From Enterobacter phage phiEap-3, in the sequence record KT321315.1: a DNA stretch of 64,000 nucleotides; one strand, given 5' to 3'. A program made the position numbers and the translations under genes. Below are positions 49,852-59,223 of this stretch, one piece after another. Below the pieces are notes generated by a model. That model saw nothing but the letters and a program-made list of their open reading frames with translations. It did not search any database and was not told the origin of the DNA. Each line of letters starts with the position of its first letter. Position 1 is the first letter of the stretch.

Positions 49852-50208
49852 ATGAAAATTGTACACCGTAGCATTTCCGAACTGTCCCAAGCCGAAAAAG
49901 TGCAAATCCATTTCAAATTCAATGATTTGCGTAAAGGTTATGCCGAAATTGCCCGTGAACATGGGTTAGATAACGGCGATATTTACCAGGTAGTACAGGA
50001 AATTGAACGTATCCGCGCGTTCCGTTCTGCAAATCTCCCTGTTAAAAATGCAATGCGCCGCGAAGCGATCGAAATCCATCGTAAGCGTGTGTACAATTTA
50101 GAACGTGCTAAACGTCCGATGAAGAAAGAAAAGAAACCTCGCCCGTTTAAACGCGAACATCTTAACACCTCTATGGCGCTGGCGTTTCAAGATGCGGGGA
50201 TTATCTAA
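49852..50208 (+). CDS. hypothetical basic protein (118 aa)
   Basis: Start at MKIVHR with a GGAAA RBS; Lys/Arg-rich C-terminus. Confidence 0.5.
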   Translation: MKIVHRSISELSQAEKVQIHFKFNDLRKGYAEIAREHGLDNGDIYQVVQEIERIRAFRSANLPVKNAMRREAIEIHRKRVYNLERAKRPMKKEKKPRPFKREHLNTSMALAFQDAGII

Positions 50209-50732
50209 TGCGTAAATCTGCGATGGATCGTTGGGCTAGTATTGCTACTTCAAACGTAAAACCAAATCAAGCCGCACCTGATGTAGAAGCGGTTCGTAAA
50301 GCAAAAGAACCTGAGATCGTGGCCCTTAGCCCTGAACTCATCGAGCATCGCCGTCGTGCGTCTGCTATTGAACTGGATCTGCGTATTGCGCGTTCATACA
50401 ATCTCAAGCATGAACACGCCGCAAAGAACAACCATTCTTTTGACCTTACTCTGGAAGATTGGAAAGTGTTGATGACAACTGAACGTTGTCAGTATTCCGG
50501 CAAGATGTTTAGCAATAAACCAGGTAGCCCGTATGCCCGTACAATGGAACGTATTAATCCACGTCTGGGATATACACAAGAAAATACAATAGCGGTTATC
50601 AACGCCGCTAATGCCGAAAAATCACAGCTTGATGCATTCGTTAAGGGTGATGTCATTCTGGATGAAGTAAAAGTGAAGTTGCTGCGTAAAGCACTTTATC
50701 AAGTCGAAAAACGTGTGAAAATGAAAGGTTAA
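50208..50732 (+). CDS. HNH-like (degenerate) endonuclease-fold protein
   Basis: CQYSGKMF ... ERINPRLGYTQENTIAVINAANAEK resembles CxxCG...HHIxP...GG...N...N..K of HNH nucleases, but with E in place of the first His. Confidence 0.45.
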   Translation: MRKSAMDRWASIATSNVKPNQAAPDVEAVRKAKEPEIVALSPELIEHRRRASAIELDLRIARSYNLKHEHAAKNNHSFDLTLEDWKVLMTTERCQYSGKMFSNKPGSPYARTMERINPRLGYTQENTIAVINAANAEKSQLDAFVKGDVILDEVKVKLLRKALYQVEKRVKMKG

Positions 50733-50735
50733 ATT

Positions 50736-51755
50736 ATGTTTAAGAAATATTCTTCTCTGACTAACCATTATGAAGGTAAGTTCATCAATGGTGTAATTAT
50801 GAACGGGCTTACTGGCGGTGTGTGGGTTGCGCGTGAAAAGATCCACGGTGCTAACTTTAGCTTTATCACCGATGACGGTATTACCGTTACCCCCGCAAAG
50901 CGTACTGATGTTGTTAAGCCAGCCGAAGATTTTTATGGCTGTTCAGCAGTAGTTGCAAAGTATTCCCCAGGGATCCGTAAGATGTGGGAAACCCTCAAAA
51001 AGACCGGAACTTATGATGATTTGGTTATTCAAGTCTACGGTGAATTTGCGGGGCGCGGTGTACAGAAAGATGTTGATTACGGCGAAAAAGATTTCTATGT
51101 ATTCGATATCCGTGTAAATGGTGAATTCCTTCCGGATAACCTGTGCTCGCTAATCTCTCGATCTCATGGCCTGAAAATGGCCCCGCTGTTGGGATATGGT
51201 ACTTTTGAAGAGATCAAAGAACTGCCGATCACGTTTGAATCCGTTGTGAATAAAGCAAATAGCGGCATTGGTAGCGATAATACAGTATATGGTGAATTCG
51301 TATATCCTATCATGGAAGTTGAAGAGGGAAACATTGCAGAAGGTTTTGTAATGAAACCTGTTTCACCTGCTTTTATGCCAAACGGTGAACGCGTTGCAAT
51401 CAAATGCAAAACAACCAAATTCACTGAGAAGAAAGCGAAGAAAGCAACCCGCTTTAATGCTCCGGTTTCACTGTCAGAAAAAGACAAAAACCAACTCGAT
51501 GAGTTTGTTTGTTACCTTACAGAGAACCGTGTGAAAAACGTTCTTTCGAAACTGGATCTGGCTTCGATCACTGCGAAAGATTTCGGTCGCATTATGGGCT
51601 TAACGGTTCAGGATGCTATTGAAGAAATCAGCCGTAATCATGGGCCTTTCCTCGAACAGTTCGAAGACCCAGCAATGGCTAAAAAGCTGTTTGTAACCGA
51701 AGCCCAAAACATGATTCGCCCTGTATGGGGCAAAATCCTGAACCATGAATTTTAA
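50736..51755 (+). CDS. rnlB: RNA ligase 2 (RnlB)
   Basis: MFKKYSSL.NHY...LTGG.WVAREKIHG.NFS is near-identical to the T4 Rnl2 N-terminus, including the KIHG motif I lysine. Confidence 0.95.
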   Translation: MFKKYSSLTNHYEGKFINGVIMNGLTGGVWVAREKIHGANFSFITDDGITVTPAKRTDVVKPAEDFYGCSAVVAKYSPGIRKMWETLKKTGTYDDLVIQVYGEFAGRGVQKDVDYGEKDFYVFDIRVNGEFLPDNLCSLISRSHGLKMAPLLGYGTFEEIKELPITFESVVNKANSGIGSDNTVYGEFVYPIMEVEEGNIAEGFVMKPVSPAFMPNGERVAIKCKTTKFTEKKAKKATRFNAPVSLSEKDKNQLDEFVCYLTENRVKNVLSKLDLASITAKDFGRIMGLTVQDAIEEISRNHGPFLEQFEDPAMAKKLFVTEAQNMIRPVWGKILNHEF

Positions 51756-52326
51756 TCAGATTCTGGTTGATGCAAAAGCGGCTACCCTGATCGGTAGCCG
51801 TAAACCTCCTGAACGTATCGCAAACATTGCTGTTAAAATCGGACGTGCTTTGAACGAACGCGGGATCAGGGCTTATTCTGGCGGCGCTCCTGGTATGGAT
51901 AGTCACTTTCTGTTTGACTATAGTCCGGATAACAGGTGTATAATCCTTCCTGAGAACGGTTTTAACGGCCTTTTCTCAAACGGAAAGGATATCATCGACT
52001 TTCGAGATTTAAACACACAGAAAGCCGCTGACGAAGCCAGAAAGGTAGCAGGTAACTTCGATACACAGAATGAATACGTTCAAAGAAGGTATGCGCGAAA
52101 CACGATTCAAGTTCTTCGTGAAAATCTTGACAATCCAACTGACTTTGTTTTATTTTGGGCGGAAGAACGTGAAGGATGTGTTAAAGGTGGAACCGCGATC
52201 GCTGTAAGATTGGCTAGGTTGTACAGGGTTCCATGTTTCAATCTCTTCAAAGAAAGTGTATTGAACGATGTGTGTGATACGTTAGGGATTAATATCAAAC
52301 CCCCAACGTTGGATTTTTTATGGTAA
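51745..52326 (+). CDS. SLOG/DprA-like Rossmann-fold protein
   Basis: LIGSRKPP...YSGGAPGMDS...GGTAIAVRLA..VP follows the DprA/LOG (SLOG) pattern GSR...SGxAxGxD...GGT. Start overlaps the rnlB end. Confidence 0.6.
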   Translation: MNFNQILVDAKAATLIGSRKPPERIANIAVKIGRALNERGIRAYSGGAPGMDSHFLFDYSPDNRCIILPENGFNGLFSNGKDIIDFRDLNTQKAADEARKVAGNFDTQNEYVQRRYARNTIQVLRENLDNPTDFVLFWAEEREGCVKGGTAIAVRLARLYRVPCFNLFKESVLNDVCDTLGINIKPPTLDFLW

Positions 52327-52844
52327 TTGAACATGCGCCCTTACTTCGTGAAACATACGAAAGATGGGCTGTTAATAACGCAATAGGTGAAAATATGATT
52401 CATGTACGTAGTATCGGTGCTGACGGCGAAACTCCGGTTCCAGTAGAAGGCCGATCCCCCACTCTCGCAGAACGAGCAAGAGAAATTATCAACGATCAGA
52501 ATGCTAAGATGATCGAACATGCGCGGGATACAATCACAAAGGGTGTTCTGAAACACGCAACACAACAAAACCTTATCTATGATATGAAGCACGATATCGG
52601 CTCTTGTCTGGGTATTGAATGTACTCGCTATGCATTCCAACGAATTGCTGAATGGTTGGAAGAAGAAGGGCTAAAATTCGATACAGAAGAAAAACGCAAC
52701 GCCGCTAAGATCACAAATTCTCTGGCTAGTAAGTACAATCAAACGTATCGAAACCAGGAAGAACGCGAAGTGTTTGGTTTCAAAATTCCTGAAAGGAAAA
52801 CAGATCGCCGTGTAAGTGAATTCACTTTTTACATTAGTTGGTAA
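52320..52844 (+). CDS. hypothetical protein (174 aa)
   Basis: ATG overlaps the SLOG gene stop (ATGGTAA). Confidence 0.5.
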   Translation: MVIEHAPLLRETYERWAVNNAIGENMIHVRSIGADGETPVPVEGRSPTLAERAREIINDQNAKMIEHARDTITKGVLKHATQQNLIYDMKHDIGSCLGIECTRYAFQRIAEWLEEEGLKFDTEEKRNAAKITNSLASKYNQTYRNQEEREVFGFKIPERKTDRRVSEFTFYISW

Positions 52845-52851
52845 AAAGGTG

Positions 52852-52880
52852 TTGACGGGGGTTGGTTATAGTAGTATTCT
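52852..52880 (+). promoter_or_regulatory. sigma70-like promoter TTGACG-17-TATTCT
   Basis: Hexamers upstream of ORF 52922. Confidence 0.4.
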
Positions 52881-52921
52881 AACTCCCGTAGACAAGACAC
52901 TAACTCAGAAGGATAAACATC

Positions 52922-53182
52922 ATGGAAATCGTAATGAAAGCAACTTATGCTGGATATTGCCTGGAAGCAAAAGGTGTTGCTAACAATGGCAAAGGCTTAC
53001 GGGCCAATGTTGAAGCAATGCTGGATGAATTACATGCAATGTACGAATACGACAACGTAGCGGGTAGCGTTCTTATCCAGACGTTGGAAGTTGATGGTGT
53101 TGATTGTGCTGGTTGGTGGGATGCTTACATTGACTACAACGATAACCGGGTTTACCTGTTGAGCAACAAAGATTATTTCTAA
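52922..53182 (+). CDS. hypothetical protein (86 aa)
   Basis: ORF after a TTGACG-type promoter. Confidence 0.45.
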   Translation: MEIVMKATYAGYCLEAKGVANNGKGLRANVEAMLDELHAMYEYDNVAGSVLIQTLEVDGVDCAGWWDAYIDYNDNRVYLLSNKDYF

Positions 53183-53191
53183 GGAACCACT

Positions 53192-53641
53192 ATGAGCGAT
53201 GAAGCTGAGGCTTTAGAAGATTGGGCTGATTTTGATGACGAAGAAGACGGGGAATATTTCTGCGTTAACAGTGGTGCTTACAAAGACCGTTTAGAACTTC
53301 GTGAACTTTTATCCGGTTCCTCTCAAATATCAGGATCCAAACGAAAAAGTAGTAAACAAAAAGTTCAATATAGTGATGGTTCTGTACGTGATGAAACCGT
53401 TGTTGCTGAATTTCGTGGTCGGGTTATCACAAAAGAACGACAAATTGATGTAAAGAACTTGTATGAAGTGGCTAAGGCTGCTAAAATAGGTTCTGTGATT
53501 GTTTGCCCTGTGTGCAAAGAAAAACACACAAAGACAACGTATCACAAAGTTTTCTGTTCGAATGGCAGAAAAACCAGTAAGGATTGTAAGTCTAAATATC
53601 ACAATACAATCCATCCCGAACGACTGGATCGGGTATTTTAA
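53192..53641 (+). CDS. hypothetical acidic/zinc-finger protein (149 aa)
   Basis: Acidic N-terminus; CPVCKEKH...C...C near the C-terminus. Confidence 0.5.
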   Translation: MSDEAEALEDWADFDDEEDGEYFCVNSGAYKDRLELRELLSGSSQISGSKRKSSKQKVQYSDGSVRDETVVAEFRGRVITKERQIDVKNLYEVAKAAKIGSVIVCPVCKEKHTKTTYHKVFCSNGRKTSKDCKSKYHNTIHPERLDRVF

Positions 53642-53668
53642 AATAAACTTAAAACGTGGAGTACGTTT

Positions 53669-55102
53669 ATGAACAACAAAACTTTCGAAGAACTGAACAG
53701 CATCATCACTTCCGTAGATTCCTATAAGGTTTCTCACTGGTCGCAATATCCAACTGGCTCCGAAGAGGCGCTGTTTTATATTGAATCTCGTGGTGGTAAA
53801 TTTGATCAAGTAGTTACGGCTGGCTGTAACCGCCTTGCGCAAATCCTATCACGTCCGGTGACTATGGAAAACGTAGATTTTGCTAATCGGTTGTACAAAA
53901 TGCACTTTGGGCGTGAAATCTTCAACTACAAAGGTTGGAAAGAAATTGCAGAACTGGGTTACATCCCTCTTGAATTCAGAGCGATTCCGGAAGGAACCCC
54001 AGTAGCGGTTAAAAATCCGGTTGCAACTTTCCATGCTGGGAAAAATGCGCTGTGGTTAGCAGGACACGTAGAAACCCTGGCGATCAGGGGAGTATGGTTC
54101 CCTTCAACCGTAGCAACGCTATCCCGCGAATGTAAAAAAGTGTTGAAGAAATATCTCAAGAAAACCTCCGATCTCGAAGGTGAAGCATTTGATATGGTAT
54201 TACGTACCCGTTTGCATGACTTCGGCGCACGTGGAACCTCTTCTGCTGAATCTGCTGGTATTGGTGGCCTCGCGCACCTGTATAACTTCCTCGGTACTGA
54301 TACCGTAGAAGCGCTGATTATGGCTATCTCTCTGTTTGAAGATTGTCAGAAAGCGTTTGATGATGGTGAAATGGCGGCTGGTATTTCAATTCCTGCTCGC
54401 GAACATTCCACTACCGTTTCTTACGGCAAAGAAAACGAAGACCTTGCATACAAAAACAGTATTGAGATCTTCGGTGAAGGGATGTATGCATGTGTGTATG
54501 ATTCCTGGGATTTTAAAGCGGCGGTTCGCCGTATCGCAGAATATAAAGATTCTATTCTTTCTAAGGGCGGTACTCTGGTAGTTCGTCCGGATTCTGGTGA
54601 TATGGTAGACAATATCATGTACGCTCTTGAAGAACTGGGCCGTATCTTTGGCTATACAGTGAACTCAAAAGGGTATAAAGTACTACACCCAGCAGTAAGG
54701 ATCATTCAAGGCGATGAAATTCATGGCCCTGAAACAATCAATCGGGTGTTGAACTGGATGGAGTCTAACCGTTGGGCGTCTGAAAACATCGCGTTCGGTA
54801 TGGGCGGCGGATTGCTTCAAGAAGTTACCCGCGATACTCAAAAATATGCGATGAAAATGTGCGCAATCAAAATTAACGGTGTGTGGACTGGTGTTTATAA
54901 ATGTCCAAAAGGCGCTGAATGGAAAAAGAGTAAAAAAGGGTTGTTGATGACTATCACTGATGGTGTTAACTTTAAAACCATTGATACTCTGGAACAGAAA
55001 GTGCCGGAAGGCTGGAAAGATGCTATGATCACATACTATGTCAACGGAAAGATTACTGCCCGTGACACTTTAGAGGAAATTAGGAACCGTGCCGGGATTT
55101 AG
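53669..55102 (+). CDS. nadV: nicotinamide phosphoribosyltransferase (NAMPT/NadV)
   Basis: 477 aa. DSYKVSHW... N-terminus and overall pattern are characteristic of NAMPT, as in KVP40-type phages. Confidence 0.9.
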   Translation: MNNKTFEELNSIITSVDSYKVSHWSQYPTGSEEALFYIESRGGKFDQVVTAGCNRLAQILSRPVTMENVDFANRLYKMHFGREIFNYKGWKEIAELGYIPLEFRAIPEGTPVAVKNPVATFHAGKNALWLAGHVETLAIRGVWFPSTVATLSRECKKVLKKYLKKTSDLEGEAFDMVLRTRLHDFGARGTSSAESAGIGGLAHLYNFLGTDTVEALIMAISLFEDCQKAFDDGEMAAGISIPAREHSTTVSYGKENEDLAYKNSIEIFGEGMYACVYDSWDFKAAVRRIAEYKDSILSKGGTLVVRPDSGDMVDNIMYALEELGRIFGYTVNSKGYKVLHPAVRIIQGDEIHGPETINRVLNWMESNRWASENIAFGMGGGLLQEVTRDTQKYAMKMCAIKINGVWTGVYKCPKGAEWKKSKKGLLMTITDGVNFKTIDTLEQKVPEGWKDAMITYYVNGKITARDTLEEIRNRAGI

Positions 55103-55391
55103 TATCCGCAAAAACGACAAAGGAACCGTGATTTTCTATGACAACATGCCCCTTGTAGCTCGCAAGGGGCTTTTTGCTAAAATCGCTGGGTATTCCTTTA
55201 AACTGGAAGAAGTCAACGACGAAACACTAAAAGAGATCGTAAGAATTGCCTTACAGTTAAGAGGTAAGAAAGACGAACAAAGAGCTATTGACATGATCAA
55301 TAAATTGGGCGAAACTCAATGCTTCATAGTGAATCGTGGTTACAAGTACGATACCATTGCAAAATTTGAAAAAGGGCTTTGTGAATTATGA
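55089..55391 (+). CDS. hypothetical protein (start uncertain: GTG 55089 or ATG 55146)
   Basis: ORF between nadV and dam. Its stop overlaps the dam start. Confidence 0.4.
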   Translation: MPGFSIRKNDKGTVIFYDNMPLVARKGLFAKIAGYSFKLEEVNDETLKEIVRIALQLRGKKDEQRAIDMINKLGETQCFIVNRGYKYDTIAKFEKGLCEL

Positions 55392-56239
55392 GTTATTATG
55401 GTGTGATCCCATACACAGGAAACAAGCAAAAGCTACTTCCTGAATTGTTCAAATTATTTCCGGACAGAAACAGCTATATGCGATTCATTGACTGTTTTTG
55501 TGGTGGTTTGAGTGTGTCACTAAACGTCCCTAAACCCGTTCTAAGCAACGATTACGATCGGACGTTGATTGATATGTATAAGCGCCTTCAAATGCTTCCT
55601 GACCTCTCTCCGGTGCGAGAATTGATTAAACAACATGGGCTGGGTAAGAACGAGAAAGAAGCGTATCTCACATTTCGTGATGCATATAATAAGAACAAGG
55701 ATCCGCTATGGCTCTATATTCTGATCCTGCATTCGTTTAGTAATGTTAATCGAACCAACGATAAAGGCGATTTTAACGCCAATTTTGGTTGTAGAACGTT
55801 GAATGATTCTACCGTTAAACGGTTTGAACACTTCAAAAACAATGTTCGGGGAATTGAATTCTCTAGCGCATCGTTTAAGGATCTTGATATCTGTTTGAAT
55901 GATTTTGTGTACTGCGATCCGCCGTACCTGATCACTGATGCAGTTTATAACAAATTCTGGAACGAAGAACGCGAGCATGAATTATATGATTTTCTCGATA
56001 ATTTAAACTCTGATGGTATCAAGTTTGGTTTATCAAACGTGACACATCATGCAGGAAAGCAAAATGATATCCTGATCGAGTGGATGCAAAAATATAATGT
56101 GCATAACCTCGATAAAAAGTATCTGTTAGGCCAGCATACTGATTCTTACGAACAAAATAAAACGCAAGAAGTCTACGTGTGCAACTACCAGAAACGCGAC
56201 GTAAATACATACCCTGAAACACTGGATGACTTAATGTAA
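55388..56239 (+). CDS. dam: DNA adenine methyltransferase (Dam, GATC)
   Basis: N-terminus IPYTGNKQKLLPEL...FCGGLSVSLN and the DPPY motif match T4 Dam. Confidence 0.9.
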   Translation: MSYYGVIPYTGNKQKLLPELFKLFPDRNSYMRFIDCFCGGLSVSLNVPKPVLSNDYDRTLIDMYKRLQMLPDLSPVRELIKQHGLGKNEKEAYLTFRDAYNKNKDPLWLYILILHSFSNVNRTNDKGDFNANFGCRTLNDSTVKRFEHFKNNVRGIEFSSASFKDLDICLNDFVYCDPPYLITDAVYNKFWNEEREHELYDFLDNLNSDGIKFGLSNVTHHAGKQNDILIEWMQKYNVHNLDKKYLLGQHTDSYEQNKTQEVYVCNYQKRDVNTYPETLDDLM

Positions 56240-56247
56240 GGTAACAT

Positions 56248-56523
56248 ATGTTTAAGATTTTTGGTTATATCCCTTCTGTTTACAATTGCGCTCCATGCCT
56301 GAATTCTAAACGTCTCCTGGACGCAAAACGAAAAGAATATGAGTTTGTTTCTGTAGCCGATGAAAAAGACGCAGACGGCAAACCGATCCTGAATGAAACG
56401 GTCATTTCTGAACTCGAAAGCCTGTTGGGTACTCGTAGACTGACCATGCCTCAAATTTTCCACGATGGTAAGCACATCGGCGGCTTTGACCAACTGCGTG
56501 AGTACGTTCGCACGTTGGGATAA
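56248..56523 (+). CDS. nrdC: glutaredoxin NrdC
   Basis: MFKIFGY...CAPC...LTMPQIFHDGKHIGGFDQLREY is highly similar to T4 NrdC. Confidence 0.9.
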   Translation: MFKIFGYIPSVYNCAPCLNSKRLLDAKRKEYEFVSVADEKDADGKPILNETVISELESLLGTRRLTMPQIFHDGKHIGGFDQLREYVRTLG

Positions 56524-56554
56524 ATATTAACACCTTTATTTGATTGGTGTTATT

Positions 56555-57037
56555 ATGCTCACTAAACGTATTACTAAGAAAGATTATCCATCCATTAAAC
56601 AAGCTCTTTTTGAACAGCAAAACGGCTTGTGCGCGTTATGTGGTCGCCCTTTAGAGGGCGACCTTGAAAAACATCACCTTGACCATGATCATGCTCTATC
56701 TGGCTCTAATGCCGGACGTGTGCGCGGCCTCCTATGTAACCTATGCAACGGTACAGAAGGTATCGTAAAGCACAAATTCAATCGTTCGGGTCTGGTTTCC
56801 CGTGATGTTGATTACATTGAATGGCTAGAAAGCCTGGTAGCATACCTCAAACGCGACTATTCACAAAACCGTATGCACGACAAATTTATACCCGATAAGG
56901 TTAAATGGTTTACACGCCTGACTAAATCGGATATGATAGCCGAAATGATTTCTATGGGCTTTGAGTACTCAGAAACTGAGGATCGCAAGGCTTTAGCAAA
57001 GAGCTATAGAAGACAATTAATGAAGGCAACCAAATGA
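56555..57037 (+). CDS. 49: endonuclease VII (gp49) Holliday-junction resolvase
   Basis: QNGLCALCGRPLEGDLEKHHLDHDHALSGSNAGRVRGLLCNLCNGTEGIVKHKFNRSGL closely matches T4 endo VII. Confidence 0.9.
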   Translation: MLTKRITKKDYPSIKQALFEQQNGLCALCGRPLEGDLEKHHLDHDHALSGSNAGRVRGLLCNLCNGTEGIVKHKFNRSGLVSRDVDYIEWLESLVAYLKRDYSQNRMHDKFIPDKVKWFTRLTKSDMIAEMISMGFEYSETEDRKALAKSYRRQLMKATK

Positions 57038-59157
57038 AAGTAGAAAAACGCGACGGAACAATCGTCGATTTCGATCAAGAAAAAATTCGTAACGCAGTTT
57101 ATAAAGCTGGCGGTACAATGACGGATGAAGACAGTGCGATTATGCTTGTGTTGCGTAGTCAGATCCGCAACGGTAAAGCAATGAAGATTTCGCAAATTCA
57201 AGAACTTGTTGAAGAATCTTTGATGAAGACAAATCCGACTGTTGCCCGTGCATATATCGAATATCGTCATGATCGTGATATCGCCCGTGAACAAAACGGA
57301 AAATTATTCCGTGATATCAAGGGTTTGATGACTCTTAGTAACAAAGAATTAACCAACGAAAACGCAAACAAAGATTCTCGCGTATTCCCGACTAAACGCG
57401 ATCTTCTGGCGGGTATCGTTTCTAAACACATGGCGCGTAACCATATTCTACCGAAACATATTGTAGCGGCGCATGATTCCGGTGATATTCATTATCACGA
57501 TCTGGATTACAGCCCGTTCACCCCATACACTAACTGCTGTCTTGTTGACCTGAAAGGCATGTTAGAAAATGGGTTCCGGATGGGTAACGCTGATATCGAA
57601 CCGCCCAAATCAATCGGTGTTGCTACTGCTCTTATGGCTCAAATCACCGCACAGATTGCTTCTCACCAGTACGGCGGGACAACCTTTGCAAATGTCGATC
57701 AGGTGCTGGCCCCTTACGTTGAAATGACGTACAACAAACACTTTAAAGACGCTGTTTGGTATGGGGTTCCTAAATCAAAACAGTATGCGATGGAAAAAAC
57801 AGAAAAGGATGTATTCGATGCGTTCCAGTCATACGAATATGAAGTAAACACCTTACATACTGCAAATGGACAGACGCCTTTTGTCACAATCACTTTTGGT
57901 ATGGGTACTGGTTGGCGCGAACGCATGATCCAGAAAGCAATTCTGAAAAACCGTATTCGTGGACTGGGTAAAAAGGGCATTACTCCTGTATTCCCAAAAC
58001 TGGTTATGTTTATGGAAAAGGGGATTAACCTTAATCCGGAAGACAGAAACTATGATATTAAGAAATTGGCCCTGGAATGTTCTTCAAAGCGTATGTATCC
58101 GGATATTATTAGCGCGGCTAATAACCGTCGTATTACTGGCTCTAGCATTCCTGTATCTCCTATGGGTTGTCGTAGTTTCCTTAGCGTGTGGAATGATGAG
58201 CACGGTAATGAAATTCTTGATGGACGTAATAACCTGGGCGTTGTGACAATCAACCTTCCTCGTATTGCGATTGAAGCCGAAGCACAGGAAGATGAAGACG
58301 CGCATGATGCATTTTGGCGTATCCTTGATGAACGTCTGGAACTGTGTTTTGAAGCTCTGATGACTCGTATTGATAGTCTCAGAGGGGTTAAAGCCAGTGT
58401 AGCCCCGATCCTTTATACAGAGGGTGCGTTTGGTGTACGGTTGAAACCTGATGATGAAATTCTGGAACTGTTCAAAAATGGGCGTAGTTCTATCAGTCTC
58501 GGATACATCGGATTGCATGAAACTCTGATGCTTTTCGGATCTGGACAGCACCCATTCGACCGGATCGGTTCTCAGAACATGGGTAGACTGATCCTGGAAT
58601 ATCTACGCGCTGCGACCGAAGCATGGAAAAAGAAAACCGGATTTGGGTTTAGTCTGTATTCAACCCCTGCTGAATCTCTATGTCATCGTTTCTGCAAACT
58701 GGACTATGAGAAATTCGGAAGTATCAAAGGGATCACAGATAAAGGCTGGTACACTAACAGTTTTCATCTGGACGTTGACCGCAAGGTAACACCGTTCGAG
58801 AAAATCGACTATGAAGCCGATTATCATTACATTGCAACTGCTGGACATATCAGCTATGTAGAATTCCCTGATATGAAAAACAACCTGGAAGCCCTTGAAA
58901 AAGTCTGGGATTATGCAATGGATAAACTGGACTACTTCGGAACTAACCTTCCGGTCGATAAATGCTTTGAATGTGGCTCTGATGATGAATTTAAGCCAAC
59001 AGAAGACGGTTTTCATTGTACCCATTGTGGGAATCAGGATCCGGAAAAAATGAGCGTCACGCGCCGTACATGCGGCTATTTGGGTGCTCCCGCTGTCCGT
59101 GGGTTCAACGAAGGTAAGAACAAAGAAATGATGCATCGTATTAAGCATCAAAATTAA
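57034..59157 (+). CDS. nrdD: anaerobic ribonucleoside-triphosphate reductase NrdD
   Basis: ATP-cone N-terminus, C-terminal Zn site (CxxC...CxxC) and glycyl-radical motif RRTCGYLG. 707 aa, uninterrupted. Confidence 0.95.
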   Translation: MKVEKRDGTIVDFDQEKIRNAVYKAGGTMTDEDSAIMLVLRSQIRNGKAMKISQIQELVEESLMKTNPTVARAYIEYRHDRDIAREQNGKLFRDIKGLMTLSNKELTNENANKDSRVFPTKRDLLAGIVSKHMARNHILPKHIVAAHDSGDIHYHDLDYSPFTPYTNCCLVDLKGMLENGFRMGNADIEPPKSIGVATALMAQITAQIASHQYGGTTFANVDQVLAPYVEMTYNKHFKDAVWYGVPKSKQYAMEKTEKDVFDAFQSYEYEVNTLHTANGQTPFVTITFGMGTGWRERMIQKAILKNRIRGLGKKGITPVFPKLVMFMEKGINLNPEDRNYDIKKLALECSSKRMYPDIISAANNRRITGSSIPVSPMGCRSFLSVWNDEHGNEILDGRNNLGVVTINLPRIAIEAEAQEDEDAHDAFWRILDERLELCFEALMTRIDSLRGVKASVAPILYTEGAFGVRLKPDDEILELFKNGRSSISLGYIGLHETLMLFGSGQHPFDRIGSQNMGRLILEYLRAATEAWKKKTGFGFSLYSTPAESLCHRFCKLDYEKFGSIKGITDKGWYTNSFHLDVDRKVTPFEKIDYEADYHYIATAGHISYVEFPDMKNNLEALEKVWDYAMDKLDYFGTNLPVDKCFECGSDDEFKPTEDGFHCTHCGNQDPEKMSVTRRTCGYLGAPAVRGFNEGKNKEMMHRIKHQN

Positions 59158-59160
59158 TCA

Positions 59161-59192
59161 AAAAGCCCTTGACTTCGGTTGAGGGCTTTTGT
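59161..59192 (+). terminator. intrinsic terminator after nrdD
   Basis: aagcccttgacttcggttgagggctt followed by a T-rich stretch. Confidence 0.6.
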
Positions 59193-59223
59193 TATATTGG
59201 GCCTATCGAAAAGGAGACATATT

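Noticed and set aside
55089-55146. Alternative starts for the ORF between nadV and dam
   Set aside because: GTG at 55089 (weak AGGA RBS, overlaps the nadV end) versus ATG at 55146 cannot be resolved from sequence. Kept as one low-confidence CDS.
57034-59157. Group I intron / homing endonuclease in nrdD (present in T4 nrdD/sunY)
   Set aside because: The nrdD ORF is continuous (707 aa) with the glycyl-radical motif in frame. There is no intron-like interruption.
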